Positions 10,757-21,091 of a stretch of 64,000 nucleotides of DNA are shown piece after piece. Position numbers and translations under genes: made by a program. Origin of the DNA: Promethearchaeota archaeon (GTDB lineage Archaea > Asgardarchaeota > Lokiarchaeia > Sigyniarchaeales > SOKP01); assembly GCA_048937405.1 (NCBI GenBank), contig JBHLNF010000009.1:64001-128000 (forward strand), in the 5' to 3' direction. Numbering within the stretch: position 1 is the first letter of the stretch; the number at the start of each line of letters is the position of its first letter. The notes below the pieces were generated by a model. That model worked only from the letters and a program-made list of their open reading frames with translations. It was not told where the DNA came from and ran no database searches.

Positions 10757-11641
10757 ATGGTTATAAGAAAGGCTGCTGCAGCGGGCAGCTTTTATCCACG
10801 TTATAAACCAGATTTAATCAGTGTATTAAAAGATTCATTTTTAAATGAAAAGTTCGGACCTGGGGAAGAACCTAAAACTTTGAACCAAGCTCAAAGAACA
10901 ATAATTGGTGGGGTATCTCCTCATGCAGGATATATATATTCTGGATGTTGTAGTGCATTTACCTTTTTAAATCTATTTAAAGAAAGAATTCCAGATACAG
11001 TAATAGTTTTAGGTACAGATCATATTGGTTATGGTAAAGTTGCTTTAATGGATGAAGGCGAATGGGAAACCCCCCTAGGGAATATTAGTATTGATAAAGA
11101 ATTATCCAATAAAATACTAGAACATAGTAAGAATATAAAAAATGATGAATCCGCATTTATGGGTTATCCTTTTGGAAGAGAACATAACATTGAAGTACAA
11201 TTACCCTTTATTAAATTCTGTTCACAGGAGAAAAACGTTAAATTTATACCAATAAAAATTTCCACAAAGAATTTCAACGTCTTAAGTCAAATATCCCTCG
11301 ATATATCTAAAGCAATTAATACTTTTGATAAAGATGTTGTTATTGTTGCATCTTCTGATATGACTCATAAAGAAATCTATGATTCCAAACAATTAGTAGA
11401 ATTTAAAGAGCTAGATCAAAGAGTAATAGATGCGTTTGTTGATCTTAATCCTGAAAAAACACTTGAAATGGCTTCAAAAACAACAGTTTGTGGGCCTCAA
11501 ACAATTACTACTCTCATGATGATTTCTAAAAATTTAAATGCAAGTAAGAGTAAATTATTACAGTACTATACGAGTTCAGAAAAAACAGGAAATATTAGTG
11601 GATATTGCGTAGGATATTTTTCAGGAATATTAATAGAATAA
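10757..11641 (+). CDS. amrB: MEMO1 family protein (AmmeMemoRadiSam system protein B)
   Basis: RKAAAAGSFYP, PHAGYIYSG, EHNIEVQLPF, ASSDMTH, TVCG, VGY. Confidence 0.93.
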   Translation: MVIRKAAAAGSFYPRYKPDLISVLKDSFLNEKFGPGEEPKTLNQAQRTIIGGVSPHAGYIYSGCCSAFTFLNLFKERIPDTVIVLGTDHIGYGKVALMDEGEWETPLGNISIDKELSNKILEHSKNIKNDESAFMGYPFGREHNIEVQLPFIKFCSQEKNVKFIPIKISTKNFNVLSQISLDISKAINTFDKDVVIVASSDMTHKEIYDSKQLVEFKELDQRVIDAFVDLNPEKTLEMASKTTVCGPQTITTLMMISKNLNASKSKLLQYYTSSEKTGNISGYCVGYFSGILIE

Positions 11642-11689
11642 ATTAATTAAATATATAAAAAATAGGATAAAAAAAAGATTTGAATTAAA

Positions 11690-12796
11690 ATGCCAGAAGA
11701 TAATGAAAAAGTTGAGGATTTTATAAGTCTCTGGAGAAAAAAAATGGAAAGCGACATAAAAACACCAAGTACCATCGGTGATTCAATTGAAAAAATTAAA
11801 GCAATTGAAATTGAAAATGAAGACCTAAGAAATAAAATAAAGGAGAATGTAGAATTAATTACAAAAACGGAAAAAATTGTTAAAAATGTAATTAAAGAAA
11901 ATAAAGATTTAAAGGAACAATTAGAAAAGGTAGGAAAAACTGACGGAGCAAATGAAAGCAAAATTCAAAAAGAAAATATTGAGTTAAAAAGTAAGTTAAA
12001 AGTGTTAGAAAACAATTTAGAAGAAAAAGACGTTATCTTGAAAAATAAAGATAATGAAATTACAGAACTAAAAATAAAGCTGGAAACAGCCACAATGACA
12101 TCAAAATCTATTGAAAAAGCTACTAAGGAGAAAGAATCTGAAGAGACAAATGCTTTAATTGACAATTTAAAATCTGAATTGTCGATGAATAAAAATCAAA
12201 TTGCTGATCAAGAAAAAAGAATTAATAGTTTATTGGAAGAAAATGAGTCTTTAAAACAAGAGTTAATTGAAAAAATGAAAAAAGAACCTGTAGATTATAT
12301 AGCTCCTGTGGAAGAGCAAAAACCATTTCCTACAAAGCCTCAATCAACCCAATCCTCTTCAGAGACATTAGAATTATTATGTCAAGATCTTCAATCTGAT
12401 CTTAATAAATACAAACAAATTGTTCAAAAACTGAATAATGAAAAATCTGATCTCGAACGAACAATTAAAAGTAGAGGATTCCAATTAGAACCTGAAGAGT
12501 TAAAGCAACTTAAAAAAGAGAATGAAGACCTCAAAAACGAACTTTCACAGATACAGGCATCTTTAAAGAAAAAGGAGACGGATAAAGCTCAAATTAATCA
12601 AATTAATGATCTACAAGAAAAATTGAAAGAAAAAGAAGAATTGATTGTCGAATTAAAAAATAAGCAACAATCTCAAGCTGATCTTCAAAAACCATCGATG
12701 CCAGATTTGATTGAGGATTTACAAAATAAAATAAATAAGTTAAAGATAACATTAGAAGAAAAGAATAATATTATTGAACAATTAAAATCCTCATAA
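11690..12796 (+). CDS. Long coiled-coil protein of unknown function
   Basis: E/K/L/Q-rich heptads across 368 aa with short Pro/Ser linkers; no ATPase motif. Confidence 0.75.
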   Translation: MPEDNEKVEDFISLWRKKMESDIKTPSTIGDSIEKIKAIEIENEDLRNKIKENVELITKTEKIVKNVIKENKDLKEQLEKVGKTDGANESKIQKENIELKSKLKVLENNLEEKDVILKNKDNEITELKIKLETATMTSKSIEKATKEKESEETNALIDNLKSELSMNKNQIADQEKRINSLLEENESLKQELIEKMKKEPVDYIAPVEEQKPFPTKPQSTQSSSETLELLCQDLQSDLNKYKQIVQKLNNEKSDLERTIKSRGFQLEPEELKQLKKENEDLKNELSQIQASLKKKETDKAQINQINDLQEKLKEKEELIVELKNKQQSQADLQKPSMPDLIEDLQNKINKLKITLEEKNNIIEQLKSS

Positions 12797-13795
12797 ATGA
12801 AAAAAATAACCATTGATTATACCTCTATAATTTTTGCAGGTCATTTCGCTATTGATCACATTATTCGTTTTAAACGAATTAATAAACCTAGTTTAGGAGG
12901 AAGTACTACTTTCTGTTCATTAGCCCTAAGTAAATATTCGGATAATGTTAAAATAAGTATAATCTCCCATATAGGGAAATCAAACTTCAATTTGTCTTTA
13001 TTAGATAAAATGAAGAATAAAAATATTGATTTAAGTGGTATTAAATACTCTCAAGTAGATAATACAAATTTTGTTCTCGATTACTTTAATCATCATAGAA
13101 TTTTAACTCTGAAATCTAAAAGTCCTGATCTTGTATTTAATGATATTCCATTAAATTTTTTTAAAAACCCTCCTAAAGTTTTTGTACTGGTCCCACTATG
13201 CAATGAAATATCTTATGAATATATAGCTCAAATTTTAAAGAGATTTCCTAAGACATATATTGGTATAGATTTGCAGGGTTTTATAAGAAATATTGAAGAA
13301 GATGGTAAAGTTACATATATCTATGATACTGAAATCATAGCCAACATGCGGAAAATTATCGATTTAATAGGTGACATGTTGATATTGAAAGGTTCAGAGG
13401 AAGAAATGAAACTTCTTTCAGGAAAATCTAAAAATTATGATGATGTCATGACTCACTGTTATGAATATAATAATAATGGGATATATATTATGACATTGGG
13501 AGAAAAAGGCTCGATGCTCATAAAAAGGGGTGAAAAAATTTTGAAAATTCCCGCTTTTAAACCTAAAAAGGTTGTAGATGAAACTGGTACTGGAGATGTA
13601 TATTTTTCAATATTTTTATATGAATTTATTCATTCCGATAAGACTTGGAAATCAATAGAAAAAGCAGCTTTTTTTGCATCTGCAGCAGCATCTTTTCTCG
13701 TAGAAAAGAAAGGACCTGATGGATTTAAAACTAAAAAAGCAGTTATAAAAAGAATTAAGAAGGAGAAATATATCAATTATTCAATCACTCGATAG
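12797..13795 (+). CDS. PfkB/ribokinase-family kinase
   Basis: GHFAID, LGG, IDLQG, MTLGEKGS, DETGTGD signature. Confidence 0.88.
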   Translation: MKKITIDYTSIIFAGHFAIDHIIRFKRINKPSLGGSTTFCSLALSKYSDNVKISIISHIGKSNFNLSLLDKMKNKNIDLSGIKYSQVDNTNFVLDYFNHHRILTLKSKSPDLVFNDIPLNFFKNPPKVFVLVPLCNEISYEYIAQILKRFPKTYIGIDLQGFIRNIEEDGKVTYIYDTEIIANMRKIIDLIGDMLILKGSEEEMKLLSGKSKNYDDVMTHCYEYNNNGIYIMTLGEKGSMLIKRGEKILKIPAFKPKKVVDETGTGDVYFSIFLYEFIHSDKTWKSIEKAAFFASAAASFLVEKKGPDGFKTKKAVIKRIKKEKYINYSITR

Positions 13796-13807
13796 TAATT
13801 TGTACTT

Positions 13808-14401
13808 ATGCATATAAATAGTCATTTTGCATTAGGAGTTATCATTGCATCATTGTTCAATAGTTATTTCCATTTTAATCTTATCGAGTTCTCAATAATT
13901 GTTTTATTCTCATTTGTTTGCGATTTTGATGTATTTATTTCTAAATTTGCAAAAGATAATAATCACAGGATGTTAATAACCCACTCAATTATTCCAAGCT
14001 TGATTATTCTATTTTTAGGACTTACTTTAAATTGGATTGTTTTGATTATTGCTGGTATTTCTTATTCAATTCATATTTTGTTTGATACTCTTGATTGGGG
14101 TACAAATTTTTTCTACTTTCAAAAAAAGCAGGTAGGATTAAAATTTTTAATCTCTAAAGAGGAGTTTGAAAATCTTTCAAAATATTTATCAAAGTATAAC
14201 AATCCTGCCTCATTTTTTGATGAAAAGTATTATAAAAATAAAATTTGTGTAGGTTTTGAGATTTGCCTTTTTATTCTTATGATGATAATAATAACTATTT
14301 ATGCCATTGAATATATCCTTATTACTCTCCTATATTTTCCATTTATCTGGTTTCATTTAACTAGACATTTTCATTTAAAAAAAATGGAAACGATAAGTTA
14401 A
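13808..14401 (+). CDS. Membrane-bound metal-dependent hydrolase (YdjM-like)
   Basis: N-terminal SH, DFD, HRMLITHS and HILFD motifs among TM helices. Confidence 0.7.
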   Translation: MHINSHFALGVIIASLFNSYFHFNLIEFSIIVLFSFVCDFDVFISKFAKDNNHRMLITHSIIPSLIILFLGLTLNWIVLIIAGISYSIHILFDTLDWGTNFFYFQKKQVGLKFLISKEEFENLSKYLSKYNNPASFFDEKYYKNKICVGFEICLFILMMIIITIYAIEYILITLLYFPFIWFHLTRHFHLKKMETIS

Positions 14402-14521
14402 AGATATTCACAAGATAATAAATAATTTAAATATATTATTAATTTGTGTCAAAATATTTATAAGATCTAATAATAAATTAAAATCATATAACCTTAAAAT
14501 AATATTTATGAGGTGTGAGTT

Positions 14522-14989
14522 ATTTCAGAAGAAATAAAAACTAAAGTCAGATTAAAATTAGATGATTCTGAATCTCAAATGATTTTTAGATGCGATTTAG
14601 GTAATATGAAGGTTAAAGATTGTTATATCGATGAAGAACATCACAAAGAAGTTGATATGTTAGGACCAAATCCCTCAAGGATGGTTGCTTTAGGAGTATT
14701 AGGATGTATGAGTGCTAGCTTTATCTTTTGCTTGAAAAAACGAAATTTTAAAGTTGAGGATTTTAAAGGTGAAGCAGAGGTTACAATAACCAGAAATGAG
14801 AAAGGGTTTTTGAGAATTAGGAAAATAGATGTTAAAATTGAACCCAAAATAGGAAATCCAGAAGCTCTCAAGAGAGCAAAACAATGTTTAAAACAAGTTA
14901 AAGATGGATATAGTTTTTTCGAACAATATTGTATAGTAACACAATCGATAAGATCTGGAATAGAGGTAAATGTAAATATTGATCTTTAA
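14522..14989 (+). CDS. OsmC/Ohr-family protein 1 (probable ATT start)
   Basis: GPNP..LGC...YC motifs. The in-frame extension SEEIKTKVRLKL aligns with the start of the paralogue (MSNEKKSKVELKL). GAGGTG at 14510-14515; in-frame TGA at 14516. Confidence 0.85.
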   Translation: MSEEIKTKVRLKLDDSESQMIFRCDLGNMKVKDCYIDEEHHKEVDMLGPNPSRMVALGVLGCMSASFIFCLKKRNFKVEDFKGEAEVTITRNEKGFLRIRKIDVKIEPKIGNPEALKRAKQCLKQVKDGYSFFEQYCIVTQSIRSGIEVNVNIDL

Positions 14990-15059
14990 TTTTTTCTTAT
15001 TTAAAACACTATGGAATTTCATTTTATAGATTTAGTTAAAGTATAAAAAAAAAATTCAA

Positions 15060-15497
15060 ATGTCAAATGAAAAAAAGTCAAAAGTAGAGTTAAAGCTAGA
15101 AGAAAAGATGTTATTTAGATGTAATCTTGGAAAATTAAAAATGGATGATTTATATATTGATGAAAGAACAGAAAAAAGAAATGATCGAATTGGCCCCTCT
15201 CCTGTAAAACTACTTGGTTTATCTGTATTATCTTGTTTAGCAGCAAGCTTTGAGTTTTGCATAGAGAAGAAAAATCTCTCTTTATCAGATTTAGAAGGAA
15301 GAGCTGAACTTACAGTTGCAAGAGATAATAATAATTTCTGGAGAATTAAGAAAATAGATATTGAAATGATGCCAAAAATCGATAATCCTGAATTGCTTAA
15401 TAGAGTAAATCAATGTAAAAAGTTATTTGAGCAATACTGTATTATTTCAGAATCATTAAAAAAAGGGATTGAGATTAATGTCAATCTTGAATATTAA
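15060..15497 (+). CDS. OsmC/Ohr-family protein 2
   Basis: GPSP..LSC...QYC motifs; tandem paralogue of the previous gene. Confidence 0.88.
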   Translation: MSNEKKSKVELKLEEKMLFRCNLGKLKMDDLYIDERTEKRNDRIGPSPVKLLGLSVLSCLAASFEFCIEKKNLSLSDLEGRAELTVARDNNNFWRIKKIDIEMMPKIDNPELLNRVNQCKKLFEQYCIISESLKKGIEINVNLEY

Positions 15498-15500
15498 TGA

Positions 15501-16499
15501 CTAATCGGTAATACCATCTTCAGTTATCGAAAAGACAGAGTCACTTTCTGGAATATGTGGAGCATCAACAACTTTAGCAATTCTCTGTTCTCCTTTCCCC
15601 TTTCTTAGAAATATACGTATCGTAGCGCCATGAGCTACTACATGTCCACCAGTATGGATTAATGGATTACCGTAAAATACATCTGGTTTCGCTGAAACTT
15701 GATTTGTAAATATTACCGCTAATTCATTATATGTTTCCGTTAATCTTAGTAAATCATGTATATGAGAATTTATTGTTTGTTGGCGACTTGCTAGTGTCCC
15801 ACGCCCAATATATTCACTACGAAAGTGTCCAATAAGTGAATCAACTACTATTAATTTTATATTTTTTTCTGAAATAATTTTAGGAGATTCTCTAACTAAT
15901 AAGATTTGATGATCACTATTATACGCTCTCCCTACAGTTATATTTTTTAGAATTATATTATGATCTAAATCCTTCGCTATTGCCATTTGGATTATTCTTT
16001 CTGGTCTAAAAGTACCCTCTGTATCAATATATAATGCACTACCTTCAAGTCCTCCTTCCTCGTAAGATAATTGAACATTAACACATAATTGATGAGCCAA
16101 TTGTGTTTTTCCTGTTCTAAATTCGCCAAAAACTTCTGTAACAGCCCCTGGTTCAATACCGCCATATAATAAATCATCTAAATTCTGACTACCTGTGGAT
16201 AATTTGTTTAATACTTTACGTTTTTCCCATATTATATCTGCAGATTTGAACCCCATTTTTTCTATATCTTGGGCAACTTTAATTATTTTCTCAGCTGTTT
16301 TTTCACCTATACCTGCTTCTTCCATTAACTTATTCATTGGATACATAGCAAGAGTTCTTATGGATAGAATTCCTGCGTCTTTTAATTTTTTTACCGTTGC
16401 TTCACCAACTCCGGGTAAATCCTTCAGGGAGTAAGAAGATTCTGATTCAGAAATTCCTTTTTGGTTTGTCTCTTCAGATGTTTCTTTTTTTTTTGCCAT
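15501..16499 (-). CDS. radA: DNA repair and recombination protein RadA
   Basis: N-terminal HhH (LPGVG), GEFRTGKTQ, YIDTEGTFRPERI, VVDS, HFRSEYIGRG. Confidence 0.96.
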   Translation of the reverse strand: MAKKKETSEETNQKGISESESSYSLKDLPGVGEATVKKLKDAGILSIRTLAMYPMNKLMEEAGIGEKTAEKIIKVAQDIEKMGFKSADIIWEKRKVLNKLSTGSQNLDDLLYGGIEPGAVTEVFGEFRTGKTQLAHQLCVNVQLSYEEGGLEGSALYIDTEGTFRPERIIQMAIAKDLDHNIILKNITVGRAYNSDHQILLVRESPKIISEKNIKLIVVDSLIGHFRSEYIGRGTLASRQQTINSHIHDLLRLTETYNELAVIFTNQVSAKPDVFYGNPLIHTGGHVVAHGATIRIFLRKGKGEQRIAKVVDAPHIPESDSVFSITEDGITD

Positions 16500-16612
16500 T
16501 ATACTATATTAAATGCTAACTTTTTATTTGAATTCCTTATAAAATTGATATCGAACTAATTATAAAAATAATAATAAAAAATTAAAAGAAGAATAAAAAA
16601 TTATAATTTATT

Positions 16613-17275
16613 TTATTTTGTTTCCATGCCCGAACGTGTTATAATTAGCAAAATTATGAAGAGTATTACTGAAAACATAAAAGTTAATACACCCATCATT
16701 TCTGGAACCCAGATAAAGCTTAAGTATAGGAAAGGAATAATGAAAATAGCAACAAATATTATAATAATAGGTAAAGGAGCTTCTTCATCTTTGATATCAA
16801 TGATTAAAGGAATTATAATAAGAAATACCAATAATGTAGCAACAAGTTTGAAAACTAAGGCAATTGAATTCTCAAATATTGCTGAATGTACGTTTGGTAA
16901 CCAGAAATATAATATTTGTTCTGTGTTATCTTTCAGGTCTTCATTGACTTCTGGCATGATTGCGCTAACTATCAATTGAATTATGATAGCAAGAAAAAGA
17001 TACATCAGTATTTCATTAATATCCTTGTTCTTCTTAAGTTGTAATCCTATTGTATCACGTAATAATGTAATAATCCATAAAACGAAAAGGATAATATATG
17101 CAATAAGGGGGTCACCACCAGCACCCCAAAAGTAATTAACTGGGAGTAGTGCAACAGCGTATGCAAAGTATCCATATTTCTCATTCCTTTCAAATAAATC
17201 AAATACTAAAAAAACTGCGAAAATAACACCTAAAGTTGCTAGTATTATTATTGAAGTAATATCGTCCACTGCCAT
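16613..17275 (-). CDS. Multi-pass membrane protein of unknown function
   Basis: About 7 hydrophobic helices in 220 aa. Confidence 0.75.
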   Translation of the reverse strand: MAVDDITSIIILATLGVIFAVFLVFDLFERNEKYGYFAYAVALLPVNYFWGAGGDPLIAYIILFVLWIITLLRDTIGLQLKKNKDINEILMYLFLAIIIQLIVSAIMPEVNEDLKDNTEQILYFWLPNVHSAIFENSIALVFKLVATLLVFLIIIPLIIDIKDEEAPLPIIIIFVAIFIIPFLYLSFIWVPEMMGVLTFMFSVILFIILLIITRSGMETK

Positions 17276-17424
17276 GATATAACCAACTTTTTTAATTCTA
17301 ACTTTAAATTATATTATTATATAATTAGTTCTTTTTTTTTATATTTTTAATTCATTTTCATATATCATATATTAAATTTTACTAAAATAAAATTAAAGTA
17401 TAGAATAAATGATTCATAATTATT

Positions 17425-18813
17425 TTAAAGCTCTTTTATTATCTTTTCTAACTCAAGAATCAATTTTTGAGCCTTTTCTTTTTCATCGGATTCAGCGGAT
17501 AGAAGTATTGCATTTCGATATAATGCTGCTTTAATAACTACATAAGTTTCATCTTTAATTATCTTCAATTCATTTATAATATCATGGTAATAATATCCTT
17601 TTTCATCTGTTATTTCTCTTAATCGATTGTGAATATTTTCTCTCAATTCTGGTGAAACTGGAACGGTTCTATTAATTTTCATTCCTTTTGGAAATCCTTT
17701 TGTTAATGAACTAAGTAAGTCATTTTGAAGTGTCATTATTTCCAATAATTTCAATAAAATAAAATTGCCATCACTGAAGGGAGCGAATTCTGTAAAATAG
17801 AATTTTAAAGTGTCTGCAGCAGCAAAACAGGCTCTTTCTTCTCTTATTTGTCTTGAAATCTCCCCAGGATAATTTTCCACTTGTTTAATAGGGAATCCAA
17901 TATCTTCAATAAAATTCTTTACAACTAGTGAGAGTGATGGTGTAGTTATGATTGTATTGGATTTTGATCTTTGTATTCTTTTATCATAAGATACAAAAAG
18001 CATTAATAAGTCTTCAAAACTAATTTCTAAACCATTTTCATCTATTACCAAAATTCTTGACCCATCTACATCGAAACAAACTCCAAGATGACTGTTAGAA
18101 GCTTTTACAATATCTGCAGTATTTCTAATTGTATTAATGCTGGGAACAGCACTCGAAGATCTTTCGCGATAATGAGTATTTAAAGCAATAACCTCAACTC
18201 CAATATCATTAATTAAAAGCGGAGTGATTTTTCCTGTGGGACCATACGAACAATCCACTACTATTTTCAAATTCGCTTTTTTGATTTTTCTTTTATCTAC
18301 AAACTGTTGAAGGGATTTGATATAAACATCTGCTGTCTGTGGAATTGATGTAATTTGTCCAATCTCATTGGGATCTACTCTTCTTACATTTTGAGGGTAA
18401 TTATTATAAGATTCAATTATTTTCTGTATTTCTGATTGTGATAATTCAATTCCTCCGGCATCTAAGAAACGAAGCCCTACATCTTCACTATATAAATGCC
18501 CTCCTGAAAAATAAACACCTCCACTTGCTCCAAAACGTCTAATTGTAAATTGAAGGAGTGGAAAAGTACAATCTGAAAGATTCAAAAGATTTATACCCGT
18601 AGACATCAAACCTGATGTATATGCTCTTTTTAACATCCGACTATCATTATGATAATCCCTGCCAAGTACAACTGAATCATCTTGTTTGAATAAGCTACCA
18701 TGAATTGAACCTATCGAGCTAGAAATTTCGGGAGTGAAAACATAGTTTGCTTTCCCTATGATTCTCCCTTTTTTTTTTAATTCATTTAGATTTTTAATCG
18801 GAGTTAAACTCAT
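17425..18813 (-). CDS. Phosphoglucomutase/phosphomannomutase-like protein with degenerate active site
   Basis: VLGRD, SRMLKRA, KIVVDCSYG, metal loop FDVDGSR, DG. The phosphoserine loop reads SGGH instead of (T/S)ASHN. Confidence 0.85.
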   Translation of the reverse strand: MSLTPIKNLNELKKKGRIIGKANYVFTPEISSSIGSIHGSLFKQDDSVVLGRDYHNDSRMLKRAYTSGLMSTGINLLNLSDCTFPLLQFTIRRFGASGGVYFSGGHLYSEDVGLRFLDAGGIELSQSEIQKIIESYNNYPQNVRRVDPNEIGQITSIPQTADVYIKSLQQFVDKRKIKKANLKIVVDCSYGPTGKITPLLINDIGVEVIALNTHYRERSSSAVPSINTIRNTADIVKASNSHLGVCFDVDGSRILVIDENGLEISFEDLLMLFVSYDKRIQRSKSNTIITTPSLSLVVKNFIEDIGFPIKQVENYPGEISRQIREERACFAAADTLKFYFTEFAPFSDGNFILLKLLEIMTLQNDLLSSLTKGFPKGMKINRTVPVSPELRENIHNRLREITDEKGYYYHDIINELKIIKDETYVVIKAALYRNAILLSAESDEKEKAQKLILELEKIIKEL

Positions 18814-18982
18814 TTAAAATACTTTTTCATGCTCATGTTTCAATTGGAAAATATATATGATAAAAAGCTAAATTAGGTTATAAAACTTTATCGGTTTTAT
18901 ATTATTTTTTACTCTTTACTTTTTAAGAAGTTAAAATTATTATAAATAGACTTATTTCTAATATTAAAAAAAAAAGAATAAA

Positions 18983-20704
18983 TTGAATAAAATGAGTGAG
19001 ATTGGAAGCTATTGTTTAGTTCTACATTCACATCTACCATGGGTTATTGGACATGGAATATGGCCTCATGGTATGGACTGGGTTAATGAAGCTGCAGCTG
19101 AAACTTATATACCTCTTTTAATGGAACTATATAAACTTACTGATGATGGATATCATCCAAAACTTACTATCGGGATTACACCTGTTCTCTGTGAGATGCT
19201 TCGTCACCCAAGATTCGTCGATGGATTCTTAGGTTATATCGATGAGAAACATAATGCAGCATTATTTGATTATGAAGATTTTACAAGAAACAAATATGAA
19301 GAAGGGAGAATCAAATTAACTAAATGGTGGCAAGAGTTTTATGAACGAGTTAGAGATAATTTTACACATAGATACAATAAAGACATTGTAGGTGCATTTA
19401 AAAACCTTCAAGATAAAGGACTTATTGATATTATTACCTGTGGTGCAACTCATGGATATTCCCCCTTACTTTCTAAAGAATCTTCAATTGACGCTCAATT
19501 TAAAACAGCCGTTGATAATTATAAAAAGCATTTTGGACAAGCTCCTACTGGTGCTTGGTTACCAGAATGTGCCTATCGTCCTGGATATCGATGGAAAAAT
19601 CCTATAACAGAAGAGGAATATAATCGCCCTGGGGTTGAATATTTCCTCGCAAAAAACGGATTGAAATATTTTTTCATCGATACAACCTTATTACTGGGAG
19701 GAAAGTCTCAAGGTGTATATGCTGCTCGTTTTCCTCTTTTAGCAGAACTCTGGAAGCAATTTGAATCCCAGTATGAAGAAATTCCTACTTCATTTGAAAA
19801 ATCTCAATATGAACCATATTTAGTGTCCACTGATCCATCAACAGGAGCTCCAGTAGGGTTCTTCACAAGAGATGAAAAAACAGGAATTGTGGTGTGGAGC
19901 GGAGAACATGGATATCCTGGTTGTGCAGAATATTTAGATTTCCACAAGAAACATTATCCAGGTGGTTTACGATATTGGAAAGTCACAGAAGCTAAATTGG
20001 ATTTAGGTAAGAAAATGTTATATTGGCCTGATGATGTTCCAGGAAAATTAGATGAAAATGCTAGCCATTACATAAATCTGGTAAAAGATATATTAAGAGA
20101 TTTTAAAACTAAATTTAATAAGAATGGAATTGTTGTAGCACCTTATGATGCAGAATTGTTTGGGCATTGGTGGTTCGAAGGGAATTGGTGGATAACAAGG
20201 ATACTAAGGTGGATGGAAGATGATCCTGAGATTGATCTTACTAATACTAGAATATATTTGGAAAATAATCCTCCTAATAAGGTAGTTTCAGTGATTGAGG
20301 GGTCATGGGGCCAAGCATCTTCACACTGGGTATGGCTTAATGAGTGGACTACATGGACATGGGAGAGAATTTATGAATGTGAGGCAAAATCTGAAGAAAT
20401 TATTGCTAAATATAAAGGCTCACCTGATCCTAATTTAATCAAAATTCTTAAACAAATGGCACGAGAACTTCTACTCTTAGAAAGCAGTGACTGGCAATTT
20501 TTAATAACAACATGGTCTGCAAGGGATTATGCAGAGAATAGGGTTGCTTTGCATTATGAGAACTTTATCAGGCTTTATAATATGGCAAATACATATGCAA
20601 ATGGTCAAAATGTTGAAGAGGGTGAATGGCACTTTCTTGGTACTATTGAAGCTAACGATGATTTATTTGATGCTTTGGATCTTGAACCATTTGCCAAGAA
20701 ATAG
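18983..20704 (+). CDS. GH57 1,4-alpha-glucan branching enzyme (DUF1957 type)
   Basis: LHSHLPWV, ETYIP, CGATHG, WLPECAY, PYDAELFGHWWFEG, ARELLLLESSDWQF. Start probably ATG 18992. Confidence 0.93.
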   Translation: MNKMSEIGSYCLVLHSHLPWVIGHGIWPHGMDWVNEAAAETYIPLLMELYKLTDDGYHPKLTIGITPVLCEMLRHPRFVDGFLGYIDEKHNAALFDYEDFTRNKYEEGRIKLTKWWQEFYERVRDNFTHRYNKDIVGAFKNLQDKGLIDIITCGATHGYSPLLSKESSIDAQFKTAVDNYKKHFGQAPTGAWLPECAYRPGYRWKNPITEEEYNRPGVEYFLAKNGLKYFFIDTTLLLGGKSQGVYAARFPLLAELWKQFESQYEEIPTSFEKSQYEPYLVSTDPSTGAPVGFFTRDEKTGIVVWSGEHGYPGCAEYLDFHKKHYPGGLRYWKVTEAKLDLGKKMLYWPDDVPGKLDENASHYINLVKDILRDFKTKFNKNGIVVAPYDAELFGHWWFEGNWWITRILRWMEDDPEIDLTNTRIYLENNPPNKVVSVIEGSWGQASSHWVWLNEWTTWTWERIYECEAKSEEIIAKYKGSPDPNLIKILKQMARELLLLESSDWQFLITTWSARDYAENRVALHYENFIRLYNMANTYANGQNVEEGEWHFLGTIEANDDLFDALDLEPFAKK

Positions 20705-21091
20705 AAAAATAAGAAATTTCTTTAACTTTAATAAATATATTCTTCAATTAATAACACTTGAATAATATTAAGTTTAATAGAATGAGTTAATATTTTTTTT
20801 GACTCTTTTCCGCCTTTTTTTTCCATATCATGATTCTTTTCTCTAGGGATAATAATTACTTGGTTAGGTTTTACTTTTTCTTGAGAAAATGAACCAAATT
20901 TTTTAGGATTTATCTAAATTTCTTTTGTAATTATTATTTGGTTAAAATCCTTTTTTCATTTTGTAATTTTATAATAGATTGCTTTAACTATTTTCCATAA
21001 ATATAGATTTAAATAAAAATTATGTTATAAGTTTTCTAACTATAAAAAAGTCATTTAAGAGGAGAACAATATATTTTTTCAAAGATTTTCT

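Noticed and set aside
11690-12796. SMC or CdvA assignment for the coiled-coil protein
   Set aside because: No Walker motifs, hinge or PRC-barrel-like N-terminus.
20730-20915. Minus-strand open stretch between GH57 and the MCP gene (INPKKFGSFSQEKVKPNQ...)
   Set aside because: No clear start and no recognisable family; may be debris from the insertion.
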